Shown here in pieces: positions 1 to 16,225 of a stretch of DNA of 64,000 bases. This stretch comes from the human T2T-CHM13v2.0 reference genome, Homo sapiens. How positions within the stretch are numbered: the stretch's first letter is position 1; the number at the start of each line of letters is the position of its first letter. The notes beneath the pieces were generated by a model. It was not told the origin of the DNA, did no database searches, and saw only the letters and a list, made by a program, of their open reading frames with translations. Location: assembly GCF_009914755.1 (NCBI RefSeq), contig NC_060939.1. One strand, given 5' to 3'. The position numbers were made by a program, and so were the translations under genes.

Positions 1-1850
1 CTGGCATCACATAATTAAAATGTTTGAATTAGACAGTGTACTTACTTTTATCAGTGAGTTTTCTGCTTTCATGTTCTCATGGTACTAATTATCACTGTCC
101 TTTAGCTTGAAGAACTTTCTTTAGAGAACTCTCAAGAAAGAAGTTCAAGAAAGTAGAACTCTACTTGTAAGTCAGGTCTAGCAGTGCTGAATTCCCTTAG
201 CCATCATTTGTCTGAGAAAGTTGTTATCTCCTTTTCATTTTTGAAAGACAAAATTGCTGGGCATAGTACTATGGTTGGCAGGTCTTTTTTCTCAGAGGAT
301 TTTGAATCCCACTAACTCTGGCATGCAAGGTTTCTCATGAAAAATCTGATGATAGTCTTGTGGGGGACCCTTGTATTTAACATGTTGCTTTTTCATTGTT
401 GCTTTTTAAAAAATACTCTGTCTTTAATTTTTGACAAATTGATTATAACATGTCTTAATAAGGATCTCTTTGGATGGATAGTATTCGGTGTCCTTTGAAT
501 TTTCTAGATCTGGAGTTCTATTTCCCCAGGCTTGAGTAGTTTTCTGCCTTTACATCTTTGAAAGTGTTTTCTCTCACTTTTTCTTTCTTCTCCTTCAGGT
601 ATTTTTTGAATTTATCTTGTTTCTCTATTTGGAACATACTTCCCCATTTCTTCATTTGCCTTTACCCTCTGTGTTGTTTTCTGCACATTAGATAACCTAA
701 TAGCTTCTCCCAATCTTGTTTAGTGTAGAAGAACCTAACCAGTCAGTCTGGCCAGAAATTCTAGGGTACCTCTCAAACCTTTGTGTTTGTCCAAACTGCT
801 GCCTTTGTTTTTTGTTGTCTCCAGGAAATTAGGATGTGCCAAGTTCCGTTAGTACCTCAAAAGTCTGGCCAGAAATTCTAGGGTACCTCTCAAACCTTTG
901 TGTTTGTCCAAACTGCTGCCTTTGTTTTTTGTTGTCTCCAGGAAATTAGGATGTGCCAAGTTCCGTTAGTACCTCAAAACATTTGAGAGAGAAGTCATTC
1001 CCCCTAGACACAGCTAGAAAGGTTGAAGTGTTAAGTGTGTTCCAGTTCCTTCTATCCTCGTGGTGAAGCTGACAGTAGGATTCTCTCTGCACTACGCTGA
1101 AGAGAGGAATTCTAGCAAACGTCTATATTTTAGATCAGACTGCATTATCTCATCTTGGGGGAAAAAAGTGGGCCCACTGAATGCCCATTTATTTGTTTTC
1201 AGTGGTCTAGAGACTCAGAAATTCAGTGTCCCATCAATTCCCAGAACTATAAGGTTAAGGCGGCTATCCCTTGGGAGGGAGCAGTGGCAGCTGTGATCAA
1301 TCCATGAATAAACTCCTTCCAAGGATAATCTACAGAGATAATCTGCTCTAGCTTTATTGCTGGAGCAAGCCAGATGAAAAAACTCAGGAAACGCTGGAAC
1401 TCACAGTCAGTATCCCAGGGTTCTGCTGTTTCTTTGCCCATTGGCTACTAGATGCAGCCTAGAGAGGAGCCCAATCCTCAAACAATGGCTAGAGAAGTAT
1501 ACAGACAAACCCCTTCCAGAAATTAACTGGGGAGTGTGCTTTTTAACTGCTTATCTGCATTGATCCAGGGGGCTGTAGTCCCTGGAAATGTCTGTGTGTT
1601 TAAAACCACCTCTTTGTTCTCTGTCACTGCAATTCATATTTTCTAAGATTTATATACAGTATCTACTACTGCATGTAATTATTTTGAGATTCATTCACGT
1701 TGTTACACGCATCAATAGTTTATTCATTTTTATTGGTGAGTTAAGTATTCAATTATATGGATATACCACAGTGTGTTTATCCATATTTCTGTTGATGAAA
1801 GTTTGAGTTGCTTCAAGTTTTTTGCTATTACAAATAAAGCTGCTATACAC
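1..1850 (-). mobile_element. Old L1 (L1M-type) fragments
   Basis: T-rich antisense L1-like sequence, including L1 3' end-like text (gagattcattcacgttgtt...caaataaagctgctata). Confidence 0.6.
745..979. repeat. Perfect 117-bp tandem duplication (2 copies)
   Basis: 745-861 is repeated base for base at 862-978. Confidence 0.95.
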
Positions 1851-1929
1851 ATTAATAAAACAAACAAAGCAAAATGAAACAACAACCCCTGCAAAAAAAT
1901 AAAAAAATAAAAAAAAACCAGAGCTATAT

Positions 1930-2185
1930 TAACAGAGGGGCAAGTACTGCTCACCAAATCCTGCCCACTATTTATATATGGTTTATATGGGTTAAAATAA
2001 TAATATTTTATGGCATGTGAAAAATTATATAAAATTCAATTTTCAGTGTCCATTAACAAAGTTTTATTGGAATGCAAATTATAGCTGCATTTCTGCTACA
2101 ACAGCAGAGCCAACTAGTTATATCAGAAACCATAAGCCTGAAAAGACAATGTCCCTTTATAGAAAAACCTGGCAAACATTTATTA
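1930..2185. mobile_element. MER58-like hAT-Charlie DNA transposon
   Basis: aaattcaattttcagtgtccattaacaaagttttattggaa and ccctttatagaaaaa motifs. Confidence 0.6.
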
Positions 2186-2561
2186 TAGATAATTGGATTA
2201 GGTGAGCACTAATCAGAAATTATTTTAAAATCAGGTACCATTCAGAATTTGACCTTAACTTGGCTCAAGGAGAAATGAAAAGACCTTACATAAAGAGGCA
2301 ATAACTAAACAACATTTATATTCAGGAGCTATTAAAACGCTAGAAAATGGTATATATCACAAATAAATATTTACCTGAACCATTAGGCTCAGCCATTTCA
2401 TAACAGTGTTATTTCTAAAATGGATTCAACTAAGTGCACGATCACTATCTTGGATACAAATAAGGTTATTTCTTGTTTTTTGATGTATGAAGATTGTATG
2501 AGTAATAAAAAATAATTGTGTAGCAGAATACCAATACAAAAAAAGTTTTCATAGTACTCAC

Positions 2562-2601
2562 CTTTGGAAGGGCAGGCTTGGATTTGAAATTTTTGTTTCT
2601 C
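2562..2601 (-). CDS. MYO9A: MYO9A loop-2 exon, 40 nt, phase 2/0: (T)RNKNFKSKPALPK
   Basis: Acceptor tctctatag|G, donor AAG|gtgagt; restores phase 0. Confidence 0.92.
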
Positions 2602-3149
2602 CTATAGAGATAAATCATTCATTAAAAAAAGCTACTGTATAAAAACAAAAACAAAAGCTACTGTAGAGAAGAAAGATTTCAAGGTCTCTCCTAAAACAAC
2701 AGATTATATACCCATTACCAAGACTGTAGGTTCTTTATATGAAAACACTATCTGATTCAGCCAAGCAGGCACCTTGGGAAGGAAGAATAAACAAGGAAAA
2801 GATACCTGCCTTGTTATATAAGTATAAATAGATTTACACCTGATGATTAGTAACACTGTGTTGTACATTCTAAGCCACAGGTTCATTTTCTTCAGTTGTT
2901 AGTAGTTTCTTGTACCTACAGAAGACTTATTTCTATCATATCAAAACTAAATGAGATGTCTAAGTTTCATAAATTTTAAAAAAACGTACTTATCACCAAA
3001 ACGTAATCTTCCATTTTTGGTAATTAAAAATTCTATTCCACTCATTTTTTTCCTTATTCAAACCTCAATACCATACTTAAATCAAGTCTTTTTAATTTAT
3101 TTTTAGCCTTTTTTATGGCCACAGAAAAGAAGGAATAAAGTCCAACGCT

Positions 3150-3370
3150 TATGAATATGGGCTGGGAAGTTAGAAAGACCTGGACAACAATCTATGGTCT
3201 ACCATCTATTAAGGTATGATTTTAACCTCTTTAACTTTTCATTATGTAATAATGTAAAACAGGGAGGACAATACTACCTATAACTTAAAAGTTGTTGTGA
3301 GGATTAAATGAGTTAATGTATATCTCTGGGCTAGAGCAAGACCTACATAAATAGAACCTACTAATATTAT
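3150..3370 (+). mobile_element. MIR SINE
   Basis: gttgttgtgaggattaaatgagttaatgtata MIR core. Confidence 0.65.
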
Positions 3371-3485
3371 TAAGCAGTGATTCAGACAAGGATTATGGAA
3401 TCCAATTCAGTCACACCTCTAGCTAGCGGTCAAACGATATGCTTGGGAAATATCTAAAACATGTTAATGCTAATAACTAATAACT

Positions 3486-3663
3486 TTTTTTCCTTTTTTT
3501 TTTTTTCTCAGAGACAGGATGTTAATCAGTTGCCCAGGCTGAAGTGCAATGGCAAGATCATGACTCATTGCAGCCTCAACTTCCTTGGCTCAACTGATCC
3601 TCCTACCTCAGTCTCCTGAGTAGCTGGAACTACATGCATGCACTACCACACCTGGCTAATTTT

Positions 3664-3695
<32 letters not shown>

Positions 3696-3720
3696 TTTTT
3701 TTGGAGAGATGGGGTCTCTA
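3486..3720 (-). mobile_element. Partial AluJ-type element
   Basis: Antisense Alu right arm with poly-T runs. Confidence 0.8.
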
Positions 3721-4231
3721 TGAAGCATGGTAGAGAATGGTTATAGCTATGTCTTCAAACCAACTCTGTAATCAGTTAATGAGAAATGGAAAGCTTGGAT
3801 AAGTGTTATATATCACTCAACCATTCACCATTTATAGATTTTCTTGCCTAATTTGTTAAGATTGCTAGAATTAATGGATAATTATAGTAAAAATTGGGAA
3901 TCCTAAAAGGAGCTAACAGTTTTTTCTTTCTCTGAAGGTAGGGCCTGTCTAAACAATAAGACCTTTATTATCATCTCCATAACAAATATACTCAGTCATG
4001 ATTCTCCTGGTAATATGGGGAAGAAAAATCAACAAAAACACAAGCTTTATAACACATGAGATTCATGGCTGTAAACGCTACCTAAATAACTTTGAGTCTT
4101 GTTTCAGTCAAAATTCTTCCCATGAAAATAACATTTCACCATCTTCCTTCTTCATTTTTTTCTGCCAGAAATTTTAAACCAGACAAAAAACAAAAAACAA
4201 AAAACAATTTACATTACTGATTAGTACTGAC

Positions 4232-4375
4232 GTGAGAATTCCATGGGCTCTCTCCAGGAGTTTGCTGCTAGTTGAATTAGCAAATATTCCATCTTTATCA
4301 AGCAAGGAGGTGCCACTTGATAGTCTGCTCTGGCGAATCCCAGTTCTGCCATTCCAGGCAATATCAAATGTATCA
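4232..4375 (-). CDS. MYO9A: MYO9A loop-2 exon, 144 nt, symmetric phase 2/2: (H)DTFDIAWNGRTGIRQSRLSSGTSLLDKDGIFANSTSSKLLERAHGIL(T)
   Basis: Acceptor ttttttacag|T, donor CAC|gtcagt; core of ORF 4174..4422. Confidence 0.93.
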
Positions 4376-4790
4376 CTGTAAAAAATATAATTTGCTTTAG
4401 TTAATGAAGACGTCTCTAACACTATACTGCTTAAATAAGTAAAATAAAACTTTAAATACTAAAGTTAAAATTTAGAAAAAAATGCTAAACCAACCAAAAA
4501 CTGATTTCATCCAAATGACTGCCAATCAGTTGGGACTAACCGTTGTCTCATTCAGAACAAATTCCTATGAATTCCATCATATTCACATACAAACGTGCAT
4601 GTAGATGAGCATATCATGTAGCTGATATCTTTAAATATATTATCATTCAACAACTAGTAACTAATAAAATGGATTATAGTATCTTCCCTCTTTGTTAGAT
4701 TTTAGAATTTTCAAATGCTACTATAGGAATTTGTCATCCTAATACACTATCCCATCCTATGGAATATCTAATTTCCTCCTGAAAGGTCTT

Positions 4791-4794
<4 letters not shown>

Positions 4795-4826
<32 letters not shown>
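4795..4826. repeat. (AC)16 microsatellite
   Basis: Direct reading. Confidence 0.95.
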
Positions 4827-4830
<4 letters not shown>

Positions 4831-4959
4831 TACTCACACACCCATTAAACTAAGTCCTATGAGACTCTAAACATTGCAGATATAGCAATGAACAAAACAT
4901 AACACTATCACAGTGATTGTAACATCATAATTAATGGAGGACTCACCAGGTAAAGTAGT

Positions 4960-5535
4960 AGTATCCAACAACAAATGAATGGATAAAGAAAATGTGGTAT
5001 ATACATACAATGGAATGCTATTCAGTCATTAAAAAAAGAATAAAATCCTATCATTTGGACAACATGGACAAACATAGAGTACATTATGTTAACTGAAATA
5101 AGCCAGACACAGAAAGACAAATACTGCATGACCCCACTCGTATGTGGAATCTAAATAAGCTGCTCTCACAGAAGTACTGAATAGAGCAGTGATTACCAGA
5201 GACTGGAAAAGGTAATGAGGTGGAGGGGTGCAGTAAGCAGAGAGGTTGGTCAATGGGTACGAAGTTACAGTAAGACAACAGGAATAAATTGTGGTCCTCT
5301 ATTGCACAATGAAGTGATTATAGTTAACAATAAGGTATTGTATACCTGAAAACAGCTAGAAGACAGAATTTTGAAAGAGAAATGTTCCCACCACAAAAAA
5401 ATGACACATATTTGAGACGACGAATATGGTAATTATTTTAATTTGATCATTACACAATGTATACAGGTATCAAAACATCACACTGTACCTGATAATATGT
5501 ATAATTATTATGAGTGAACTAAAAATTTTTTAAAA
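4960..5535 (+). mobile_element. L1MA-type 3' end
   Basis: gaatggataaagaaaatgtggtatatacatacaatggaat ... atcacactgtacc L1 3' UTR text. Confidence 0.8.
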
Positions 5536-5829
5536 GAAGTATCAGGAGATAGCTACTTACAACAATTTCACATTTGTCCATATTTATAAATCTCAGCTTC
5601 CATTTGCTTAGAGCATTTATTCAAGATATATAAATGGCATGTAATCAATAAACCATTTAGAAACGCTTGTATTTTCATTATTTTGTGCTAAACCATTAAA
5701 AAAAAGTCAGTGAATCATCATCCCTAAGATAATATGTCTTCCCAAATGGGAGAATCATACTGCACTTAAGATGGTTTGTGTGTGCACTTATATTTTTCTC
5801 ATTTACAAAAATGAGTGGTACTCTGGCTT

Positions 5830-5962
5830 TAGAAAAAAAAAAAAGAAAACAAAAGGAGAGAGAGAGGAGAGAGTGAGAGGAAGGAAGGAAGCAAGTGAGG
5901 GAAGAAGGAAAGCAGGAAGGAAGGAAAAACGAAGGGAGGGAGGGAGGGAGAGGGAGGAAAAA
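5830..5962. repeat. Purine-rich (GGAA/GGGA/GA) low-complexity tract
   Basis: Direct reading. Confidence 0.85.
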
Positions 5963-5979
5963 ATGCAGTAGGAAAATAC

Positions 5980-6570
5980 ATTCCTGGTGAAGATACTGTG
6001 AAAAGTGTTGAAATGACAACATATTCTGCAGTAGGGACTGTGAGGAAAAAATTCTTTTAAAAAAAGAAAACAGAGGATTCAAAGCATTATAGAAATTGAG
6101 TTGATAAAGCAGTGGCAGGGTTTGAGAGGATTGACTCCAATTCTGGAGTTCTACTGTGGATAAAAGGCTATCAAACAGCATTGGATGCTACAGGGAAATC
6201 TTTCCTGTAAGGAAGAGGCAACTGATGTGCAAATTTCATTGTCTTATTTTAAGAAATTGCCATAGCCACTCCAATTTTCAGCATCCACCACCTTAAACAG
6301 TCAGCAGCCATCAACATCAAGGAAAGACCCTCTACCAGCAAAAAGATTATGACTCACTGAAGGCTCAGATGATTGTTATTTTTTTTAGCAACAAAGTATT
6401 TTTTAATTAAGGTGTGTATGTATTTTTTAAACATAATACTATTGCACAATTGACAGACTACAGTATAGTGTAAACATAACTTTTATATGCACTGGGAAAC
6501 CGAAAAATTTGTGTGATTTGTTTTACTGAGAATTCGTTTTATTGTGGTGGTCTGGAACTGAACCAGAAAC
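5980..6570 (+). mobile_element. Tigger1 DNA transposon 3' fragment
   Basis: cagtcagcagccatcaacatcaagg...aaaagattatgactcactgaaggctcagatg...gtggtggtctggaactgaacc. Confidence 0.8.
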
Positions 6571-7749
6571 CCATATAGATCACTTCAGGTATCCAAAATG
6601 GAAAGTACAAAGAAAGAAGCACAAACTAGAAATTAGGAAACTTAAAACCACTAAACTGCTTTGTGAAATGAGGCATATTGCGGTTTCTTTTTTATATAAT
6701 CAAGAAAATTGGGTTCCCATCTGATGACCAGGGTGAGAATACTGCCAACAGATGAAACTGAAGGTACACAGGTCAAGGTTAACTATCTAATTTGTGTTCG
6801 GGTAAAATTTAACATGCAAATATGGTGGTAGATACCATAGTTAGCCAAATACTACTGTTAAGAAAACAAAGGACATACAATATAAAGATAGCAAATAGCT
6901 TAATTTGTGGCATTCAAAGTGAATATATTTGTGGCTAGATACTTGGGCTGTGACAGATCTTGCATATGAAGTTAGTGAACCTAGACTTTTAAATAAGCAA
7001 TAAAGAGTCATGAAAAAGTTACTGAGCAGACAAGTGACAATTATGTATTAGAAAGACACGGTGACTCAATTGGAAAAAATGATCAATGAAGTTATACCTT
7101 CATTTTAATGACAGACCATCCTTATTACCACAGTATTAGGAAGCTCAATTTTTTGATGATGTTTAAAACATACAGAATACATTCTAGAAACAATGTTCTC
7201 CTCATACAAATTACAATCTTTATTAAATAGTATATATAAAAAACAAAGAGACTTTATGAACTCATAAAATTATTTATATTTGTTACTGTCAAATTGTTCT
7301 CAGGAATTCATCATTGAAAATAGTAAAAGGTAAGCTTTGGTAATCGCACTCACCCAAAAAAGGTATTGGATGGTTTGATGTAAATCAAACTATTCAATTA
7401 TTACTTCCCAATAAGATTTCTCCACAGAAAGCAGCGGAATAACCCTTAAATTTTGTAAAAGACATAAAATGCAAGAAGGGTCTCAGCAATTAAAATATAT
7501 GAGCTCATTTTAAGTTATTCTGAAGAAACTTTTTCAAAATTGTAAAGCCATTTTACCAGAAGCAACTGTAGACAAATCTTGTTAACTTTAACCTATTAAT
7601 GTGTTATTACATCACTTATAAAGGATTCAAGAAATAAAAAAACAAAACAAGCCTGAATTACTTCAAACTTTTAAAGTCACAAAAATATCAATAAGAATGT
7701 TAGTTATTTCTTCTATACGTCCTTGAAAACATAAACCAAACACACTTAC

Positions 7750-7825
7750 TGTTGGTTTTTTTCATTTAGAGCATTCATGCCCTGGAGATCAGAAAGAGGT
7801 GTTCTGGGATTTTTCCGGGTTATAC
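7750..7825 (-). CDS. MYO9A: MYO9A loop-2 exon, 76 nt, phase 1/2: (S)ITRKNPRTPLSDLQGMNALNEKNQ(H)
   Basis: Acceptor ttttgctag|GT, donor ACA|gtaagt; phase-compatible with neighbours. Confidence 0.93.
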
Positions 7826-8107
7826 CTAGCAAAATTTAAAAAACAGAAAATTTCAAATCAGTGCAAAGAAAAATGAAACGTGAAATAGTTTTTCTAAAGA
7901 CAAACGAAAATTTAATCACGAGTATTTGCTAAATATTTCAGAAATATCTAAATAATTACATGACCCAAGTCTCATAACTGTCATAGATCTTAGTTAACAA
8001 TGAACCCAATTAGAAAATTTAATAATGAAATATTTTCTTCTTTCATTGAATCATTAACTTCAGAAAATACAAGGGTGACTGGACTGAAGGCCTAGAAGTG
8101 TACAAGT

Positions 8108-8451
8108 TCATTTTTATTTTTAGGTTCAGGGGGTACACATGAAGGTTTGTTACAAAGGTAAACTCATGTAACGGGGGTTTGTTGTGCAGATTATTTCACC
8201 CAGGTACTAAGCCCAGTACTCAATAGTTATTTTTTCTGTTCCTCTCCCTCCTCCCAACCTCCATCTTCAACTAGACCTCACTGTCTGTTGTTTCCTTCGT
8301 GTTCATAAGTTTTTATCATTTAGCTCCCACTTATAAGTGAGAATATGCAGTATTTGGTTTTCTGTTCCTGCATTTAGTTTGCTAAGGACAATAGCCTCCA
8401 GCTCCATCCATGTTCCCACAAAAGACATGATCTTGTTCTTTTTATGACTGC
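8108..8451 (-). mobile_element. 5'-truncated L1PA 3' end with probable TSD (acaa[g/a]ttcattt)
   Basis: ggggtacacatgaaggtttgttac ... agctcccacttataagtgagaatatgcagtatttgg; near-identical 12-mers at 8102 and 8452. Confidence 0.8.
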
Positions 8452-8619
8452 ACAAATTCATTTCTTATTTTGATGCATCATTTTTTAGCCATACATTTCT
8501 GACATGTTCAGATAAATACAATGAGTATCAATGTATTGAGAATTAATGTTATAAATACGATGAATATAAAAGAAATTGCTTCCTTAAGAATTACTAATAT
8601 TTAAAAAATGTAATGTTCT

Positions 8620-9720
<1,101 letters not shown>

Positions 9721-10050
9721 TTCAAGGAGGATGGCTTGAGTCCAAGAGTTCAAGGCTACAGTGAGTTATGACTACGCCATCTCACCCCAGCCTGGATGAC
9801 AGAGGAAGACTCCATCTCAAAGAAGAAGGAAGAAGAAAGAAGAGACAGAAGAAAGGAGGAGGGGGAGGAGGAGTAAATTTCTAGACAATAGATTAGGCAA
9901 TGGTTACCATTTTTACATCAATTATTAAGTATTTTAAACATAAAAGTGGCCTAAAGAATAATATACTAAACACTTATGATGGATCACTCAGATTAAAAAA
10001 TGAAGCCCTGTGTAGCTCACTCCCTGATCCCATTTAAAAATCATCAGATC

Positions 10051-11230
<1,180 letters not shown>

Positions 11231-13944
11231 ATAACTCTTTCCTAATATTCTTAATTTCTTTGTGTTTATATGCTTTAGGTTTGTCTCTTGTAAGCATTCT
11301 ACAGCTAAATTTTGCTCATCTTCCTTAATCCATAATGTTTTTTAAACTGTTCAGTTTAGTCCATTTTAACTTACTGCTATAATTGATACATCTGGAATTT
11401 TTTTCTGACATCTTAGTTTATATTTTTTTATTTACCTTAACTATTATATGCTTTCATCCAGGCTTCTATTGTTTTCTTTGTACTTTGACTTCTTTTGTTC
11501 CACAAATTGTATACTTTCTGCTTTATTTATCCTTAAATGTTTAACATACTCATGAATTCTAAACTAATAATCTGTTCTCTTTCTCTAAAGAGTACAAGAA
11601 CCTTCAAATGTTTTAATTAAAGTCATCCCCTTCTCATTAGGGATGTTATTGCTACCCAATACTTACATTCACCTTGTTTCTTTTCCTTCATCAAGCAAAT
11701 TAGGTATAAGTTTTATAAAATTGTTGCTTATTTAGCTTTATATATACATTTACCAAGTTCTTTATTAAATATCAAAACTTTCTAGTGGGTTCAGCTTCTA
11801 TCTTGCTCAACTAAATTTTTAAAATCTATATAGGTGAGCATCTGTTCAGATTACTATCTAGCTTTAATAATTGCTATCATTCATATTTGCCTGGTACATC
11901 ACTGTCCATCCTTTTATTTTCACCTCTTTAATTAAAAATCATGTAGCTATCACTTAAACTACTGAAAAATTCATTGAGAGTTTAACTGGTGAGTGTAAAC
12001 CATTTATATTAATTTTAAATAATACTTGTTTCTGGCATTTCATTTCATGTTTTTCATTTATTTCACTCTTTCATTTTTTTCCTTCTTGATTTTCACTTTA
12101 TAAGGTCTCTTATGCTACCTTAAAAGATAAAAATTGTTATTACTGTGGTTGTCCTTAAGGTACACGTTCAATTTATTTAATTATACTGATTTCCTAAACT
12201 TGAAAAGATTATGTTAATTCAAGAGCAGTAGAGCTCCCCGCTTTCCCTTCAGTTTTCACCAAAATGCATGCCAGTATCTTCTATATTTGTCTCTGTATAC
12301 CATCTGCAAGCAGTAATTCTGATCATATACAATTTTTTATTTTGGATATTCTTAGTTTCATGAAAAATAATCTCTTCTAGGCATTTACTTGTAACTTGTA
12401 TCAGGCTTCATAACATGTAATTAAACATTTTTATTGGAATAAAAATTTCAAAGTTAAACATATATATGTTAAATGTACAGTTAAATAAGTTTTGCTAAAT
12501 GCATTCACCACACTAATAACCACCAAAGAAAGATACAAAACATTTCCATCATCACCAAAGTTGCCTTATGCCCCTTCTTGGACAATCTCCCACACTTACT
12601 TATGGGTAAAGACAATCACTAACTTGCTCTCCACACAGATTGGCTTGTATTGACTAGAACTTTATACAGATGGAATAAAACAGTATGCTTTGAGGATAGG
12701 CCTTCCCTTAGCATACCACTTTAGAGATTCATACGTAAAAGTCTTTTGTGAATATATACTTTCATTTCTTAGGTAAATAACTGAGATTTGAATTCATGAA
12801 ACATATGGGAAAAATACGCTTATCTTTATAAAACTGACAAACTGTTTTCGGAAATAACTGTACCATTTGACAGTGCCAAGAGACAGTAGGAGAGCTCCAG
12901 TTGCTCCACATCCTTATCAGTTCGTATTTCAACTTCTTACATTTTAGCCACTATAGACGTATTAGTGACCTTAGTCAGATTACAATTTTCCTTTCCATAA
13001 TGAAAAAGTTGAACATCTTTCATGAGAACACAGATAAATCTTCTTTTGTGGAAGTGTATGTTCAAATCTTTTGCCCATTTAAAAACTGGCCTGTTTATCT
13101 TATTATTGTAGGAGTTTTTATATTTTGTTTTCAAGTCCATTATCAGGTATGAATATTACAAATTGTAATAAATACTGTTTCCCAGGCTGTGGTATGTTTT
13201 TTGTTTTCTTAATAGCAGTTAAGAAAAGTAGTTTTCAAATTGGCTAACTTTACCAATTTGTTAATTTTTTCCTTTTATATTCATGCTCTTATGTCTCATC
13301 TAAGAAACTTTTGCCTGTCACAAGATTACAAAAATTTGTTTCTCAGGTTTTCTTCTATTTTAAGACAAATTTAATAGTTTTGGTCCTTACATAGAGCTGT
13401 ATGACACATTTCAAAATTAACTTACATGTATGATATAAGGGTCAAAGTTCTCTTATACCTTATGGATATCCAGTTGTTCTAGTGCTATTTGTTTAAAAGA
13501 CTATCCCTTACCCCCACTAAATTATCTTGGTGCCTTAACAGAAAATCAACTGACTGTGTATGTGTAGATCTACTTCTGTACTTTGTATTTGGTTCATTAA
13601 TCCATTGATCCTTAACACCAATAGAACAATGTCATGAATATTTTAGTCTTAAAATCATATAATGTAAATTATCCAGCTTTGTTCTGTTTAAAAATTGTTT
13701 TGGACAGTCTGGGTATTCTACATTTCTCTATAAAGTTTAGATTCAGCTTGTTAATTTCTACCAAAAAATCTGCTATTATACTTATTGGGTTGAATTCAAT
13801 CTATAGATCAATCTGAGAGAGAGCTGCATCTCAAAAATACAAACATAAATATGTATCTCTCTTCATTGTATTCTTCAGTTTCTCCTAGTAGTGCACAACT
13901 CTTAAACATATTTGTTAAATTTATCCCCAAGTATTTCATGTTTC

Positions 13945-14415
13945 TGTTAATTATCCACTGCATATTAAATTACTCCAAAATCCAACACTTTAAAACAAGT
14001 TATCATCTCATATAGTTTTTAGAGGAACAACAATTCAGGAGTGGCTTAGCTGGGTGGTTCTGACTCAACATGTCTCAAGAGGTTGTATTCAAGCTATCAG
14101 CCAAGGCTGCAGTCATCTCAACATTGGAATGAAGGATCCACTTCTAAGGTCACTCACATAGTTGGTGACAAGCCTCAGTTCATACTGAGTTTTGGCTACT
14201 CACAAATAGCATCTTGTCTCTCCAAGAGACAGTGATTTCAGAGAGGCCTAGCAAGTAAAGCAGTACCCCAGAAGGAAATTGCAGTCTTTTACAGAAATCG
14301 TAAAAGTGACATACCATCATTTTTGCCATGTGCTTTCTGTTACACAGACCAACTCTTGTAAAATATAGGAGAGGACTATAAAAGCTTGTGACATCTAGGA
14401 GGCTGGCTGCCATAG
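13945..14415 (-). mobile_element. MLT1-type MaLR LTR
   Basis: ggcttagctgggtggttctgactc...ggctgcagtcatctc MLT1 motifs. Confidence 0.7.
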
Positions 14416-15487
14416 ATGTACAGTACATGGAATTTGTAAATCATTTTCTTAGTGCTCATGGCTAGGATATTACAATTTTCTATAATTACTTGGTATCCCG
14501 TAAAAATGTTAAACTCACTTTTTAGTTTTAAGAGCACTTTTCCTTAAATAGGAAGTGTGATTCCTTCACACTTCCTATATTAATGAATTTGTTGACTACT
14601 TCTTTTCAATCTATGTACAATTTCATTTGTTGCCTTTTTGCACCACCTGTGACCTTTAGCAAATGTCAAATTTAAGTGGCAAAAGATGTCTTTGCCTTGT
14701 TCTTAATGTTAGGGAAAAAGTATTCAATCTTTCACTAATAACTATGGAGTTTGCTGTAGGATTTTCATGCATATTCTTCATAAAGTAGAGGAAGTTGGTC
14801 TCTATTCCTAGGCTACTAAAAGTTTTAAAATAGAATGAGCGTGGTATTAAGACAAACTTTTTCTCCATCTACTGAGACAATCATATGTGGCTTTCTTTTT
14901 ATATGGTTAACATGGTCAAGCCAACCTTTCTCATCCCTGGAATAAATTCCATGTGGTCTTCATGTATTATTCTTCATGTATTATCTTTAATATATTGCTG
15001 AATTCAGCCAGCTATTATTATTTCTATATCCACCATTACAAAGTTATATTGGTCTATAGTTTTCTTATAATGGTTTTGGTAACAGAATAATAACACTGGC
15101 CTCATGAAATGATTTGGATAGTGTTCCCTTCTCCTGTTTTTTGAAAGAGTTGAAGAGAATTGGTATAATAGTCATTTCTTAAATAAAATTACTAATGAGC
15201 CTATCTTGGCCTAAACTTCGTGTGGGGGGAAAATTTTAGTTAAGAATTCAATATTGTAAAAAGATACCGCACTATTCATATTTTCTATATTTTCTTGGGT
15301 TGATTTTAATAACCGTTGACGTTCAAGGAATTTTTCCATTTCACGTAAGTTGAACTGATTGCCATAAATGTTCATAATCTCTTTGTCAAACTTTTGATTT
15401 CTGTAGCATATATAATTGTGTCCACTCTTTCATTCTAGGTAATAGCTTTGTGTCTTCTCTCACTTTTCTAGATCAGAATAGCTATAA

Positions 15488-15680
15488 CTGCACTGTCCAA
15501 TACAGTAGCCACTAGCTATATGTGGCTATACAAACACATTAAACAAAATTAGAACTTCAGTTTCAGCTGCACCAGACACAGTTCAGGTGCTTAACAGCCA
15601 CATGTGGCTAGTGGCTACAGTACTGACAGTGTAGCTGGAGAACATTTCCACATCGCAGAAAGTTCTACTGCACCATGCTG
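15488..15680. mobile_element. MER3-like hAT MITE
   Basis: ctgtccaatacagtagccactagc...catgtggctagtggctac...gcagaaagttcta. Confidence 0.7.
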
Positions 15681-15728
15681 GCCTAGAGATTTATCAACTT
15701 CATTGTTCTTTTCAAAAAACCAGCTTTA

Positions 15729-16225
<497 letters not shown>

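Noticed and set aside
5696-6181. Longest ORF in the track (161 aa, minus strand)
   Set aside because: Spans a pyrimidine low-complexity tract and antisense Tigger1 sequence; no protein-like signal
7820-7830. tag|GTATAA at the 76-nt exon resembling a recursive splice site
   Set aside because: The reconstituted donor is weak and the GT is explained by the split Ser codon
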